Source of the DNA: an uncultured delta proteobacterium | GTDB taxonomy: Bacteria > Desulfobacterota > Desulfobacteria > Desulfobacterales > Desulfatirhabdiaceae | Reading direction: 5' to 3' | Length of the DNA stretch: 64,000 nt | NCBI GenBank assembly: GCA_963789395.1 | Contig: CAWBKP010000004.1 | Coordinates: 64,001 to 128,000 of the forward strand | In this document: piece after piece, positions 13,179 to 25,589 of the stretch | Position numbering within the stretch: the first letter of the stretch is position 1 | Layout: each line of letters opens with the position of its first letter | Made by a program: the position numbers and the translations under genes | Notes under the pieces: model-generated | Told to the model about the DNA's origin: nothing | What the model saw: only the letters and a program-made list of their open reading frames with translations | Databases searched by the model: none

Positions 13179-15210
13179 ATGAAACAAGATGAAAAAACCG
13201 CTTTCCAACACTGGCTTCTGTCAGATCCGCTCCTGAAGCCTTACCAGCCCATACTCTTCCGCCGGTTTAATCAGCGCCTGGAAAAAAAAAAGAAATCATA
13301 AAAAATCACGGATCTCTTTATGATTTCTCCGCTTCCCACACCTGTTTTGGTCTTCACCATGAAAAAGACAACTGGGTTTTCCGGGAATGGGCACCGGCGG
13401 CAACTCAACTTTTTTTTATCGGTGATCTAACGCGGATGGGCGGAAAAAAAAGAATTTCAGCTTGCCCGAATCCGTCCGGAAGGAATATGGGAACTCCATA
13501 TTCCACGGGAAAGACTCCATCACGGAGAGTTATACCGGCTTCGGGTTCACTGGCAAGACGGAAACGGCGATCGCATCCCCTCCCATGCCGTCAGGGTTGT
13601 TCAGGATCCGGCCACGCTGATTTTTAATGCCCAGGTCTGGGAACCGGAAACGCGCTACCACTGGAAAACACCCAAGACAGAAAACAAAGACCCCCTGCTG
13701 ATTTATGAAGCCCATGTGGGAATGGCCCAGGATGCGGAAAAAGTCGGCTCGTTCAGGGAATTTACCGACAACATTATCCCGAGAATTGCCAAAGCCGGCT
13801 ACAATACCATTCAGTTGATGGCCATTCAGGAACATCCCTATTACGGATCATTCGGATATCAGGTCTCCAGTTTTTTTGCCGTGTCTTCCCGGTTCGGGAC
13901 ACCGGATGAGTTTAAGGAGCTGATTGATACGGCGCATGGCGTGGGGCCTGAAGGTCATCATGGATTTGATTCATTCCCATGCGGTCATGAACGAGGTGGA
14001 AGGCCTCAGTCGTTTTGACGGCTCCTTATACCAGTATTTTCACGACGGCCCCAAAGGGTTTCACCCTGCCTGGAATTCCCGATGCTTTGATTACCGGAAA
14101 ACGGAAGTTCTGTCGTTTCTGCTGTCCAACTGCCGGTTCTGGCTGGAAGAATATCGACTGGACGGATTTCGTTTTGATGGGGTAACCAGCATGATATATG
14201 ATCACCATGGTCTGGGCAAGGCATTTACCGGGTATCCCGACTATTTCGATGAAACGGTGGATGAAGATGCACTGAGCTATCTTTGGCTGGCAAACGCGCT
14301 GATTCATGATATCAATCCCGATGCCGTCACCATCGCGGAAGAAGTCAGCGGGATGCCCGGGCTTGCGGTACCGGTGTCAGCAGGCGGCATCGGATTTGAC
14401 TATCGGTTTGCAATGGGTATCCCCGATTACTGGATACGGCTCACAAAGGAGTATCCGGATGAAGCCTGGCCGATCGGCCAGTTATGGTTTGAGTTGACCA
14501 ACCGCAGGCAGGATGAAAAAACCATCAGCTATGCGGAATCTCACGATCAGGCGCTGGTGGGAGACCAGACCCTGATTTTCAGGCTGGCGGGTTCGGACAT
14601 GTATGGCGCAATGTCCAGAAACCACAAGGACGATCTCCGGGTGGACCGGGGCATGGCCATTCACCGACTGATCCGCTTCATAACGCTGATTACCGCGGGC
14701 AGCGGGTATCTGAATTTCATGGGAAATGAATTCGGACATCCGGAGTGGATTGATTTTCCCCGTGAAGGAAACAACTGGTCCTACCGGTTTGCCAGACGCC
14801 AGTGGCATCTGGTGGATGACCCGGAGTTGCGATATCACTTTCTGGCCTGTTTTGACCGGGAAATGATCGCCCTGGCCAAGGCCTTCCGGCTGCTTGAAGC
14901 TTCTCACATAAGGCTTTGTTATGAGCACAACGATGATAAAGTCATGGCGATTGCGCGGGCCGGCCTGCTTTTTGTGTTCAATTTTCATCCCCAGCGCTCG
15001 TTCAGTGACTACCCTATCCCGTTTATGCCCGGAAAATATCAGATGATATTTAACAGCGATTTACGCGAATTCGGCGGACATGACCGGTTACAGCCCGGCC
15101 AGGTGCATTTTGCCCGGCAGCAATCCGCAAGTGGCGGGGCATCTCATTTCATCAGCCTGTATTTACCTTCCAGAACCGCCCTGGTGCTTCAAAGCGTTGA
15201 TACGCGCTAA
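13179..15210 (+). CDS. glgB: 1,4-alpha-glucan branching enzyme (several frameshifts, probably sequencing indels)
   Basis: FREWAP, IYEAHVGMA, IQLMAIQEHPYYGSFGYQV, DGFRFDGVTSM, YAESHDQALVGD, LNFMGNEFGHPEWIDFPR spread over several frames. Confidence 0.9.
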
Positions 15211-15287
15211 AATCTTTTCTTGTCGGGACCGGCGAACCGGACCGAAAAAACCTTTCAGAAAACGGATAAAATAAAACGGGAGACAAC

Positions 15288-16322
15288 ATGAAAATAGGCA
15301 TTATCGGCTGTCCGGGATCAGGGAAAACCACGGTTTTTGAAGCCCTGACCCGAAGCCTTTCGCAACCGGCCGGAAAAGCGGAACCGCGAATCGGAACCCT
15401 TCAGGTTCCGGATGCGCGGGTGGATGCATTGCACCGGATGTATCTGCCGCGCAAAACCATTTATGCACAGATCGAATATTTTCTGCCCGGAAAATCGCCT
15501 GCCAAAAAAGATGCCGGAAAAGAACAGAGCGCGTGGTCCCAGGTGCGGGACTGCGATGCGATTATTCTGGTTATCCGGAATTTCACGGGCATGGGCGGAG
15601 AACTTCCCCGGCAGGTGTTCGAATTTCAAAGTATCAACCAGGAGTTGATGCTTTCCGATCAGGTTGTTGTGGAAAAACGTCTGGAACGCCTGGAAACCGA
15701 TAAAAAACGCGGCAAGAAAACCGACATGGAAGAGCTGACCCTGATCACGCAATGCCTGAAACACCTGGAAAATGAAATCCCGCTGCGAAAAATACCGGAG
15801 CTGGCCGAAGCGCCGGCATTAAGGGGGTTTGCATTCATGTCCGCCAAGCCCATGATGGTCTTGTTCAACAACGCCGATGACGACGATGCCATGCCGGATC
15901 TTCCCGGGGTGGTTTCAGCGGAACAGTGCATGGTCATCAAGGCAAAGCTGGAGCAGGAACTGATTCGCATGTCGGAAGAAGAAGCCAGGGAATTTCTGGC
16001 GGAATTCAATATCGAGGCATCGGCAATGGATCGCGTGATTCAGATGTCCTACAGCCTGCTGGGGCTGATGTCTTTTTTTACCGTCGGCGAAGACGAAGTC
16101 CGGGCCTGGACCATACATCGGGGAACATCGGCTCTGGATGCAGCCGAAGTCATTCATTCCGATATCAAAAAAGGGTTCATTCGCGCGGAAACCATCTCAT
16201 ATACGGATTTGATGGCTGCCGGAAACCAGGCAGAGGCCCGCAAACGCGGAACATTTCGACTGGAAGGAAAAACCTATGTGGTTCAGGATGGGGACATTAT
16301 CAATTTCCGGTTCAATGTCTGA
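15288..16322 (+). CDS. ychF: YchF-family ATPase
   Basis: GCPGSGKTT, FFTVGEDEVRAW, IHSDIKKGFIRAE, RLEGKTYVVQDGD. Confidence 0.9.
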   Translation: MKIGIIGCPGSGKTTVFEALTRSLSQPAGKAEPRIGTLQVPDARVDALHRMYLPRKTIYAQIEYFLPGKSPAKKDAGKEQSAWSQVRDCDAIILVIRNFTGMGGELPRQVFEFQSINQELMLSDQVVVEKRLERLETDKKRGKKTDMEELTLITQCLKHLENEIPLRKIPELAEAPALRGFAFMSAKPMMVLFNNADDDDAMPDLPGVVSAEQCMVIKAKLEQELIRMSEEEAREFLAEFNIEASAMDRVIQMSYSLLGLMSFFTVGEDEVRAWTIHRGTSALDAAEVIHSDIKKGFIRAETISYTDLMAAGNQAEARKRGTFRLEGKTYVVQDGDIINFRFNV

Positions 16323-16629
16323 ACAGCCAGGGGATCAGCCCCAGGCGTCACTCACCTGGTGGATACTGGACGCAAATACCCTTCCATTTAAAAGCAGTTC
16401 AAAAACATGAATCGCCTAATAAACATACAATAACAACAGGTTAATCTCTCAATAAAAGAAGGTGAAGCGAGAAGTTCATTTTTTTGAACCTGCCTGAAAA
16501 CGGTATTACATGAGAAATCAGAAAGTTAAAAAAAATCGAAAAAAACCGGGTTTATGGTTTTGAACATTTCCGGTTGTCCGTGCCCTGCCGGCAACCCCCG
16601 TTTTGAAAAGCGCGGTTTTTTGATAAAAA

Positions 16630-16708
16630 TAACCAACTGATTTTTATGAGAAAAACAAAATAGAATAAAAATATTTCCAAAATATCCGTTTTTGGCAAAG
16701 AGTTTGCA
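16630..16708 (+). promoter_or_regulatory. Sigma54 (-24/-12) promoter with upstream IHF site
   Basis: TGGCAAAGAGTTTGC (GG-N10-GC, 16694-16707); WATCARNNNNTTR matches at 16630-16642 (minus strand) and 16516-16528. Confidence 0.7.
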
Positions 16709-16718
16709 TTACCTCAAG

Positions 16719-16795
16719 TCAAACCTAATAATTTCTTCATCTTTTTCCTCCTTTAAAATGGCTGGCCGGGGCGTTCCCGGCCAGCCATTTTTTTT
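16719..16795 (+). ncRNA. Candidate sigma54-dependent small RNA with an anti-Shine-Dalgarno-like tract
   Basis: No ORF between the promoter and the terminator; contains TTCCTCCTTT just 5' of the hairpin. Confidence 0.5.
16755..16795. terminator. Bidirectional Rho-independent terminator
   Basis: AAAATGGCTGGCCGGG-gcgtt-CCCGGCCAGCCATTTT followed by more T. Confidence 0.9.
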
Positions 16796-16819
16796 GTCCG
16801 TATCAAAACAGCCTGGACA

Positions 16820-18776
16820 TTAATCCTCCTGAAGCGCTTTCAGATCGGCAAAAAAATCCAGCGCCTGAGGATTGCTCAGGGCATCCTTGTTTTTAACCGG
16901 CTGATTCTGAATGACTTTTTTGACGGCCAGCTCCACTTTCTTCATGTTCAGGGTATAGGGAATGGCCGGAACCTCAATGATCTTGGCCGGAACGTGTCTG
17001 GGCGAAGCATTGGCCCGGATCACCTGACGGATTTTCTGCATGAGCGCCTCCGTCAGACTGTGGCCGGCCATCATTTTAACAAAGAGGATCACGCGGACAT
17101 CGTTTTTCCAGTCCTGGCCGATGACCAGGCTGTCCTCGATTTCTTCCAGCTGCTCCACCTGACGGTATATTTCCGCGGTTCCGATGCGAACCCCGCCCGG
17201 ATTCAGCGTGGCATCCGACCTGCCGTAAATCGTGACCCCGCCCCGGTCGTTGATTTCAATAAAATCGCCATGGCGCCAGACATTGGGGTAAACATCAAAA
17301 TATGCGGAATGGTATTTTTTCCCGTCCGGATCTTCCCAGAAATAAATGGGCATGGATGGAAACGCTGCGGTGCAGACCAGCTCACCCTGCTGCCCGATAA
17401 CGGGGTTGCCGTCGCTGTCGAATGCCTCCACTTTCATGGCCAGGCCCCGGCACTGAAGCTCTCCGGCATAAACCGGGTCCATGGGATTTCCCAGGGCAAA
17501 ACACCCGTTCAGATCAGAGCCTCCGGAAATGGAGGCAAGCTGAAGATCGCTTTTTACGGCATCGTAAATAAATTGAAAGCCTTCGACGGCAAGGGGCGAT
17601 CCGGTGGAGAGAACCGCCCGAAGCGGCGTCAGGTCAAAGCGGTTTTTCGGAACAACACCGGTGTTCTGAAGGGCGGAAATATATCCGGCGCTGGTTCCGA
17701 ACACCGTGATTTTTTCATCCTGAGCCATTTCCCACAGCGCTCCGGGCTCGGGGTGAAACGGGTTGCCGTCATAAAGGACCAGGGCTGCGCCGCTGGCAAG
17801 GCCGCTGACGAGCCAGTTCCACATCATCCAGCCGCAGGTCGTAAAATAAAACATCACATCCTCTCGTTTCAAATCCACATGCAGGACGTGCTCTTTGAGA
17901 TGGTGCAGCAAAATACCGCCGGCGCTCTGCACCATGCATTTGGGAAGGCCGGTTGTGCCGGACGAATACATGATATACAGGGGATGGTCGAACGGCAGCT
18001 GGGCAAAGGTGATTTCCGGAACCGCCCCGGAGGATCGAAACTCCCGGTAATGCACGGCATTGGGAATAGTGCCGATATCCGGATCTGTTTCGGTATAGGG
18101 AATCACCACCACTTTTTCGATGGAAGGCAGCGCTTTCAGGATGCCGGAGATGCGCTCCAGGCAATCCATGGCCTTTCCCTTGAACCAGTAGCCGTTTGCC
18201 GTAAAGAGCACTTTGGGCTTGATCTGCCCGAAGCGGTCCAGAACGCCCTTGATGCCGAAATCCGGGGAACACGACGACCAGACGGCGCCCAGGCTGGTTG
18301 CCGCCAGCATGGCGACAATGGCCTGGGGCATGTTGGGAACAAAGCCCACCACGCGGTCTCCGGGGGTGATGCCCGCGGCTTTCAGGGAAGCGGCGACCCT
18401 GTGCCACTTCCTCATAGAGCTGGGCATAAGTGGTTCGGGTGGAAGGCTGCCCTTCTCCTTTGAATATGAGCGCGGTGCGCTCATCGCGATACCGGAGCAG
18501 ATTCTCGGCAAAATTCAGTCTGGCGCCGGCAAACCAGCTGGCTCCCGGCATTTTTTTGGGATCGTCCACCACCGCGGTATACGGCGCGGACGCTTTGATT
18601 TGCACAAACTCCCAGAGCAGCGCCCAGAACTCCGGAATGTGGTCAATAGACCACTGGTAGAGCTCCGCGTATTGCGTAAACCGTTTTCCATGCCGCTCAT
18701 TGACGGCATGCATGAACCGGAACATGTTCGTTTTCCGGATACGTTCCTCCGAGGGTTTCCATAACATTTTGCCCAT
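16820..18776 (-). CDS. Acetoacetate--CoA ligase (frameshift near 18405)
   Basis: MLWKPSEERI..WFAGARLNFAENLL, YSSGTTGLPKC, GRSDATLNPGGVRIGTAEIY, KKVELAVK. Confidence 0.92.
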
Positions 18777-18910
18777 GGGTGTCTTCCTTTTTGTGTTGGT
18801 GTCTAAATCATTTGAATTTCTTTGCAATTTGATTTATGGAGAGAAAAATGAAATCATTTCATAATGGATAATTCATAAACTTTCAAATTAAAAATCCTCC
18901 CTTTCCGCAT

Positions 18911-21013
18911 ATGACACCGAAACAGCCCGAAAATGCAGTTGTGAATGAGAGCAGGCAGGCTGAGGCGCGGATATTTGCCTCTGAACAGCTGTTGAATCTC
19001 ATCCTGAATTCCATACAGCTCGGCGTGGTGATCATCGACGCCAGCACCCGCGTCATATCCGATGTCAATCAATATGCGGCCGAGCTGATCGGTCTTTCCA
19101 GGGAACGCATCACTGGAAAAGACTGCCGGCAGTTTTTCTGTCCGGCGCTGTCGGGCGAGTGTCCGGTTGACGGAACCGACCGCAAAACAGACAGCTCGGA
19201 GCAGCTGCTGAAGCGGGCCGACGGGCAGCTGCTGCCGATTCTGAAAAAAGAGACCGCCATTCAAATCCATCAGCGGGAATATCTTCTGGAAAGTTTTTGG
19301 GACATCACCGAACAGGTTCGTGAAAAAGAGCAGCTGCTCAAGGCCAGGAATGCGGCGGAAAATGCGAATATGGCCAAAAGCGAATTTCTGGCCAATACCA
19401 GCCATGAGATCCGGACCCCCATGAACGGCATTATCGGCATGACGGGGCTGCTTCTGGACACCCGGCTGTCGGCCGAGCAGCGCGATTATGCCGAAACCAT
19501 TCGCGGCAGCGCCGATGCGTTGATGGCCATCATCAACGCTATTCTGGATTTCTCCAAGATCGAAGCCGGAAAAATGGATCTGGAAATCCTGGATTTTGAT
19601 CTTCGCGTCATGGTGGAAGAAGTGCAGGACCTGCTTTCCGCAAGGGCATTTGAAAAGGGGCTGGAACTGGCCTGTCTGGTGAACCACGACGTGCCGTCCC
19701 TGTTAAAGGGGGATCCGGGAAGGCTTCGCCAGGTGCTGATGAACCTTGCAGACAATGCCGTTAAATTCACGGAGACAGGGCAGGTCATTATCCGGGTCTC
19801 TCTCGACAGCGAAGCAGACACCTCGGTCACCGTCCGGTTCATGATTACGGATACCGGAATCGGCATTCCGGCGGATAAACAGCATCTGCTGTTTCAGTCT
19901 TTTTCGCAGGTGGATGCGTCCACCACCCGCCGATACGGCGGCACGGGCCTGGGGCTGGCCATTTCCAGGCGGATAGCGGAAATGATGAGCGGACAAATCG
20001 GCGTAGACAGCCGGGAAGGGGCGGGGGCCACGTTCTGGTTTACCGCCGAACTGGAAAAACAGACCGGCGGCGTAAAAAAAGAGCCGGTTCTTCCGGTGGA
20101 TATTCAGGGGCAGCGGATTCTGATCGTGGATGACAACCGGATAAACCGGCATATCCTCAGAGAGCAGCTGAAAAACTGGGCATGCATGGTTGAGGAGGCG
20201 GAGAACGGCCAGGATGCGTTGAAGCGGCTGCTTCAGGCTGCCGGCGACAATGCGCCGTTCAGCCTGGCGATCATCGACATGGTGATGCCGGAAATGGACG
20301 GCAAATCCCTGGGAAGAAAAATCAAGACAGACCCGCGGATTACCGATACAGCCATCGTGATGCTGACTTCCGCCGGCAGGCGCGGCGATGCGGAGCAGCT
20401 TCAGGACATCGGATTTTCAGCCTATCTCACCAAGCCGGTCAAACGGCTGCAACTGCATGACTGCCTGTCGACGGTTCTGGGAACGCCGCTGACGGTTGTC
20501 AAAAAGCCGGCCACTCCCATCGTGACCCGGCATTCCCTGTCCGAGGAGAAAAAGCGCGGCATCCGCATCCTTCTGGCCGAAGACAACCCGGTCAATCAGA
20601 AGGTTGCCCGGAAAATGCTGGAAAAATTCGGCTATGCTTCCCATACGGTCTCCAATGGCGTTGACGCCGTGAAAGCCCTCGGCAGGATTGACTATGACCT
20701 GGTTCTGATGGATGTGGAGATGCCGGAAATGAATGGAATGGATGCCACGGCCCGGATCCGCAGTCCCGAATCAACCGTCATCAATCACCGGGTTCCCGTG
20801 ATCGCCATGACGGCGCATGCCAAAAAAGGCGATCGGGAAAAATGCCTGGAAGCCGGGATGGACGATTACCTGTCCAAGCCGGTCAAGCCGCAGGAACTGC
20901 TGGATGTGGTGGAAAAATGGGTTCGGAAAATCACCCGGCGGGCATTGCGGCCCTCAGCTGCCGGTCATCTGTTTCAGAATCAGACAGGCATTGGTTCCCC
21001 CGAATCCGAATGA
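18911..21013 (+). CDS. PAS-domain hybrid sensor histidine kinase with two receiver domains
   Basis: H-box [30 protein letters not shown], two REC domains. Confidence 0.95.
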   Translation: MTPKQPENAVVNESRQAEARIFASEQLLNLILNSIQLGVVIIDASTRVISDVNQYAAELIGLSRERITGKDCRQFFCPALSGECPVDGTDRKTDSSEQLLKRADGQLLPILKKETAIQIHQREYLLESFWDITEQVREKEQLLKARNAAENANMAKSEFLANTSHEIRTPMNGIIGMTGLLLDTRLSAEQRDYAETIRGSADALMAIINAILDFSKIEAGKMDLEILDFDLRVMVEEVQDLLSARAFEKGLELACLVNHDVPSLLKGDPGRLRQVLMNLADNAVKFTETGQVIIRVSLDSEADTSVTVRFMITDTGIGIPADKQHLLFQSFSQVDASTTRRYGGTGLGLAISRRIAEMMSGQIGVDSREGAGATFWFTAELEKQTGGVKKEPVLPVDIQGQRILIVDDNRINRHILREQLKNWACMVEEAENGQDALKRLLQAAGDNAPFSLAIIDMVMPEMDGKSLGRKIKTDPRITDTAIVMLTSAGRRGDAEQLQDIGFSAYLTKPVKRLQLHDCLSTVLGTPLTVVKKPATPIVTRHSLSEEKKRGIRILLAEDNPVNQKVARKMLEKFGYASHTVSNGVDAVKALGRIDYDLVLMDVEMPEMNGMDATARIRSPESTVINHRVPVIAMTAHAKKGDREKCLEAGMDDYLSKPVKPQELLDVVEKWVRKITRRALRPSAAGHLFQNQTGIGSPESE

Positions 21014-22216
21014 GTTGGACATGGCGTAAGCCACGGTCTGTTTTCGCGCCTGATTGGGAACATAGTCCAGGTCGCACCCGGGTGACGGGTTGTCCAGATT
21101 CAGCGTGGGCGGAATCACGCCCTGCTGGATGGCCAGGGCGGTAAAAACAGCCTCGATGCCGCCGCCGCCTCCCAGAAGGTGCCCGGTCATGGATTTGGTC
21201 GCGCTGACGGCCAGCCGGTAGGCATGATCCTTGAACACGGTTTTGATGGCCATCGTTTCATACTCGTCATTCATCTGGGTGGAGGTACCGTGCGCGTTGA
21301 TGTAATCGATTTCCGTCCCGCAAAGACCGGCATCCTTCAAGGCCGCCTGCATGCAGCGGGCCGCGCCTTCTCCGCCGGGTGCGGGCGCCGTCATGTGAAA
21401 CGCATCGCCGCTCATGCCGTATCCCACCACCTCGGCATAGATTCTGGCGCCTCTTTCCAGCGCGGCATCGAGGGCTTCCAGTATCAGAATGCCGCTGCCT
21501 TCGCCGACGACAAACCCGTCTCTGCCGCTGTCAAACGGCCGTGAGGCTTTTTCCGGAGCGTCATTCCGGGTGGAAAGGGCCTTCATGGCGTTGAAGCCGG
21601 CAATACAGGTCGGCGTGATGACCGATTCCATACCGCCGGTGATCATGGCGTCCGCGGCGCCTCTCTGGATGATTTTAAAGGCATCGCCGACAGCATGGGT
21701 TCCGGCGGCGCAGGCCGTGGCGACCGAGGCGTTGGGCCCCTTGGCCCCGAAGGTAATGGCGATCATCCCCGGCGCCATGTTGCCGATCATCATGGGGATA
21801 AAAAACGGACTGACCCGTCCGGGGCCTTTCAGATCGATGAGCCGGGCGGTGGTCTCGAGCACCGAAAGCCCTCCCAGACCGCACCCCGTCAACACCCCCA
21901 CGCGTTCGGAATTCGAGCTGTCAATAGTCAATCCCGAGTCTTCCGTTGCCATGCGGGCCGCAGCCAGGGAGTAGGCGATGAACCGCTCGATTCGCCTGGC
22001 TTCTTTTTTCGGCAGAAACTCCTCGGGGTTAAAATTCTTGACTTCACCGGCAATTCGGGTTTCAAAACAGGAGGCGTCAAACCGGGTAATTTCTCCAATC
22101 CCGGATTTGCCGGCGCACAATGCCGACCAGGTCTCATCCCGGCCAATCCCAATCGGTGTTACCAGACCCACACCTGTTATCACAACCCTTCTGTTCAATG
22201 AACCCTCCTTTTCCAA
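20954..22216 (-). CDS. fabF: 3-oxoacyl-ACP synthase II
   Basis: [44 protein letters not shown]. Confidence 0.97.
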   Translation of the reverse strand: MEKEGSLNRRVVITGVGLVTPIGIGRDETWSALCAGKSGIGEITRFDASCFETRIAGEVKNFNPEEFLPKKEARRIERFIAYSLAAARMATEDSGLTIDSSNSERVGVLTGCGLGGLSVLETTARLIDLKGPGRVSPFFIPMMIGNMAPGMIAITFGAKGPNASVATACAAGTHAVGDAFKIIQRGAADAMITGGMESVITPTCIAGFNAMKALSTRNDAPEKASRPFDSGRDGFVVGEGSGILILEALDAALERGARIYAEVVGYGMSGDAFHMTAPAPGGEGAARCMQAALKDAGLCGTEIDYINAHGTSTQMNDEYETMAIKTVFKDHAYRLAVSATKSMTGHLLGGGGGIEAVFTALAIQQGVIPPTLNLDNPSPGCDLDYVPNQARKQTVAYAMSNSFGFGGTNACLILKQMTGS

Positions 22217-22245
22217 TGCGAAACCCGATGCCGGGGCCCGGAAAA

Positions 22246-22473
22246 TCAGTGAGAATCGATAAAATTGATGGCGTCTTTGACGCGAACGATTTTTTCAGCG
22301 GCCTCATCTGAAATTTCAATGTCGAATTCTTCTTCCATGGACATGATCAGCTCCACCAGATCCAGCGAGTCCGCGCCCAGATCGTCTACAAAAGAGGCTT
22401 CCGGTACGACTTCACTCAGATCCACCCCGAGTTTTTCGGCAATGATTTTTTTGACTTTATCTTCAACAGACAT
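22246..22473 (-). CDS. acpP: Acyl carrier protein
   Basis: [15 protein letters not shown]. Confidence 0.97.
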   Translation of the reverse strand: MSVEDKVKKIIAEKLGVDLSEVVPEASFVDDLGADSLDLVELIMSMEEEFDIEISDEAAEKIVRVKDAINFIDSH

Positions 22474-22568
22474 GTTTCCTCCTTGATTATTATAATTAAA
22501 AAATTGCAAAACACAGCAATTTCAATTTGATGGAAGTTGATATGCTGATATTCGGGCGTTGGTTTTTT

Positions 22569-22592
22569 GTTTCGAATTTCGATATTCGGATT
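22569..22592. repeat. Short heptamer tandem repeat (TTTCGAA TTTCGAT ATTCGGA) between fabG and acpP
   Basis: Period-7 pattern read directly from the sequence. Confidence 0.5.
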
Positions 22593-22619
22593 GAGGGTGA
22601 ACAGCAAGGCAGTCCACCC

Positions 22620-23387
22620 TCACATGTACATTCCGCCGCTGACATGGATCACCTGACCGGTGATATAGGATGCGGCTTCGGAGGCCAGAAATACGACCAC
22701 CGCCGTTACATCCTGCGGGTTGCCGAAGCGCCCCAGCGGGATCTGCTGCAGCATGGCCGCTTTGTTCTTGTCGGAAAGCGCTTCTGTCATGTCCGTTTCA
22801 ATATATCCGGGCGCAACCGCATTCACGGTGATATTGCGGGAAGCCAGTTCCTTGGCGACGGCTTTGGTAAAACCGATCATTCCGGCTTTGGAAGCCGAAT
22901 AATTGGCCTGACCGGAATTTCCCGTGACCCCGACAACGGAGGTGATGTTGATAATCCGGCCGGAATGCTGTTTGATCATGGTTTTTGCGGCAAGTTTAGC
23001 GCAGAGAAACGCCCCTTTCAGGTTGACATCCATCACGCTGTCCCAGTCCGCGGCTTTCATGCGCACCAGAAGCCCGTCCCGGGTCATGCCGGCGTTATTG
23101 ACCAGGACATCGATCCGGCCGGTTTCAGACAGGATCCGCTGAAAAAAATCCGTCATCGCGGTCTCCGAGGCGATGTCGGCGCAAATGCCGGCAGCCGTCC
23201 CCCCGCACTCCCTGATGGCCGCTTCGGTTTCGGCCGCTGCCCGGCTGTTTGAGGCATAGTTGAAATAAACGGCTGCCTCGGGCCCTGCCAATGCCGTGCA
23301 GATGGCTCTGCCGATGCCTCTTGAGCCGCCGGTGACCACGATGGTGCGTTTTTCAGTGCTGTCTGTCACGGTTGCCTCCGATTCCAC
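22620..23387 (-). CDS. fabG: 3-oxoacyl-ACP reductase
   Basis: TGGSRGIG, NNAGMTRD, YSASK, VNAVAPGYIETDMT. Confidence 0.95.
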   Translation of the reverse strand: MESEATVTDSTEKRTIVVTGGSRGIGRAICTALAGPEAAVYFNYASNSRAAAETEAAIRECGGTAAGICADIASETAMTDFFQRILSETGRIDVLVNNAGMTRDGLLVRMKAADWDSVMDVNLKGAFLCAKLAAKTMIKQHSGRIINITSVVGVTGNSGQANYSASKAGMIGFTKAVAKELASRNITVNAVAPGYIETDMTEALSDKNKAAMLQQIPLGRFGNPQDVTAVVVFLASEAASYITGQVIHVSGGMYM

Positions 23388-23432
23388 GGGCGTGGGGGTG
23401 CCGGGTGCGGCGTGCGATGGCGGCCGGCCGGC

Positions 23433-25106
23433 TCATGTTTCATGGTGAAAAACCAGCTCACAGAGTCTGTCCATGTCCCGAAACGTGTTGGCGCAGGCAA
23501 AGGGAAGCTGCTGGCAGGAGATGGAATTGAGAAAAGCGGAAAAGGTTTCCGCATTATACAGCCCGTCTCCCATCAGGATTTTCAGCATGTTCTGGTAAAC
23601 CAGCTGCGCGACCTCCGCGGCAAAAATACGGGAGGCCGCCTGAATTTTTTGAACCTGGGGGGCGGCATCGTGGCCTTGAGCCGCCGCCTTTCGGGCAAGG
23701 CTTGCACCGATCTCGACATGGGTCATCATATCCGCCAGGCAGAACATGACATGCTGGCTTCGGGTCAGGCGTTTTTCATGGGCAATCAGAATCGTGTGGT
23801 TCAGCGCTTCTGCGGCCAGACCGTAATACAGGCAGCCGGCCTGGTCGAATTGCTGATGCAGCGCGCCCATTTCTTCTGCGATGGACCGGTAAAACGCGCC
23901 TTTGGTTTTCCAGGTTTTTTTCCAGCGGAACATGCCGATGATATTCTGCAGGATTTCGCTGGTGCCTTCATAAATACAGGTGATTCTGACATCCCGTTTG
24001 ATTTTTTCAACCCCGAACTCCGTGATGTATCCATAGCCGCCAAGGGCCTGCATGGCGTCATCGGCGGCACGGTTTGCGGTTTCCGAGGCAAAGAGCTTGG
24101 CAATGGCGCCTTCGACCTGAAGATCCAAGTCTCCGGAGTCGATTCTCAGGGCCACTTCGTCCAGGTAACTGGCGGCCGCTGTAAAGCGGACAATGTGGGG
24201 AACGATGAGCTTGTGGGTATACCCCTGTTTTTCCGACAGGGGGGAGCCGAACTGGATCCGGTCCTTGGCATAGGGAATGGCGATGGAAAGGGCTGCCTCG
24301 CCTGCGCCGAGCGCCATGGCCGCCACCATCAGCCGGGTATATCCGAAAACCGAATTGGCCTGCTTCAATCCCTGGCCCGGCACCCCGCCGATAAGGTTTT
24401 CAACCGGCACAAAAACGTCTGTAAAGGTGAGCGGCGAGGTGTTGGATGCCCGGATGCCGTGTTTTTCTTCTCCTTTGCCCTGAACAAAGCCGGGCGTTCC
24501 TTTTTCGACCACAAAAAAAGAAGGCCCTTCGGGGGTTACGGCCAGAAGCGTGATAAAATCCGCAAATCCGCCGGTGGAGATGAACTGCTTGGTGCCGTTG
24601 ATCCGGTATCCGGTCACGGCTCCGGACGCGTCGCAAACCGGGTCGGCCTTGGTTTTCAAGGCCGCCAGATTGCTGCCTGCACCGGGCTCTGTTACGGCAT
24701 AGGCCACCAGAGAACGGCCTTCGGCGATGGCGCCCAGCCATTTTTCTTTCTGCGCGTCGGTGCCGCCGACGATCAGCGGGTCCGCGCCCAGTTGAATGGC
24801 AAAAAAAGCGGTTGCCACGCCCAGGCAGACACCGGCCATTTCGCGGGTCAGGGCGCAGCAGTCTCTGGCGCCCCCGCTCATCCCGCCGTATTCTTCGGGA
24901 ATAAACAGCAGTTGAAGGCCGATGTCCGAACCCAGCATGGTTCGGATGATTTCTTCCGGGAAGATCTCTTTGCGGTCAAACTCGAGAACATTCTCCCGGG
25001 TCAACAGCCGCGCTTTTATCTTGGTGACGACGTCAAGAACCATCTGTCTGGATTCGTCATCCAGACCATGGAGCGGTGCGCCGGTTTCATGTACTGAAGC
25101 AGACAT
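23433..25106 (-). CDS. Acyl-CoA dehydrogenase family protein with C-terminal extension
   Basis: YAVTEPGAGS, NGTKQFIS, QALGGYGY, IYEGTSEI. Confidence 0.92.
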   Translation of the reverse strand: MSASVHETGAPLHGLDDESRQMVLDVVTKIKARLLTRENVLEFDRKEIFPEEIIRTMLGSDIGLQLLFIPEEYGGMSGGARDCCALTREMAGVCLGVATAFFAIQLGADPLIVGGTDAQKEKWLGAIAEGRSLVAYAVTEPGAGSNLAALKTKADPVCDASGAVTGYRINGTKQFISTGGFADFITLLAVTPEGPSFFVVEKGTPGFVQGKGEEKHGIRASNTSPLTFTDVFVPVENLIGGVPGQGLKQANSVFGYTRLMVAAMALGAGEAALSIAIPYAKDRIQFGSPLSEKQGYTHKLIVPHIVRFTAAASYLDEVALRIDSGDLDLQVEGAIAKLFASETANRAADDAMQALGGYGYITEFGVEKIKRDVRITCIYEGTSEILQNIIGMFRWKKTWKTKGAFYRSIAEEMGALHQQFDQAGCLYYGLAAEALNHTILIAHEKRLTRSQHVMFCLADMMTHVEIGASLARKAAAQGHDAAPQVQKIQAASRIFAAEVAQLVYQNMLKILMGDGLYNAETFSAFLNSISCQQLPFACANTFRDMDRLCELVFHHET

Positions 25107-25112
25107 CCGGTA

Positions 25113-25295
25113 TTAATCCTCTTTGCCTTCGATAACCTGCTTACCTTTATATTGACCACAGGCCGGGCAGACATGATGGGGAAGTTTGGCTTCGCCGCAT
25201 TCCGGGCAGGTGGACAGGCTGGGCGCCTCAAGATTCTGGTGGGAGCGCCGCATATCGCGTTTTGACTTGGATGTTTTATGTTTTGGAACAGCCAT
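25113..25295 (-). CDS. rpmF: 50S ribosomal protein L32
   Basis: [21 protein letters not shown]...HHVCPACG. Confidence 0.97.
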   Translation of the reverse strand: MAVPKHKTSKSKRDMRRSHQNLEAPSLSTCPECGEAKLPHHVCPACGQYKGKQVIEGKED

Positions 25296-25589
25296 GAGTA
25301 ATCTCCTAAATATCTGTTTATAATTAAAATAATTTTTACATCTCTATTTGTCAAAAATGTAGGCATTAGTAATTGAAAGACGCCGGTTTGTCAAGCTTTT
25401 TATGTGAAATTGGTTTTTTTTGCTGATGACCACAGATCTTTCCACTGCAACGAAAAAAAAAAGGTAGTCTTTGTAAACTATCTGATATTAAACAATAAAA
25501 ATCCAGCACGGCGTATTCAACAAAATTTAAACCTTTCAGGAATCCGAGCGGTGCCGACATACGCACCTCAGACAACTGTTTGTCATCCG

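Noticed and set aside
23412..25097. Long antisense ORFs (561 aa here; also 16994-18463, 6288-7229, 28048-28869)
   Set aside because: Shadows of well-supported genes on the opposite strand, with no motifs
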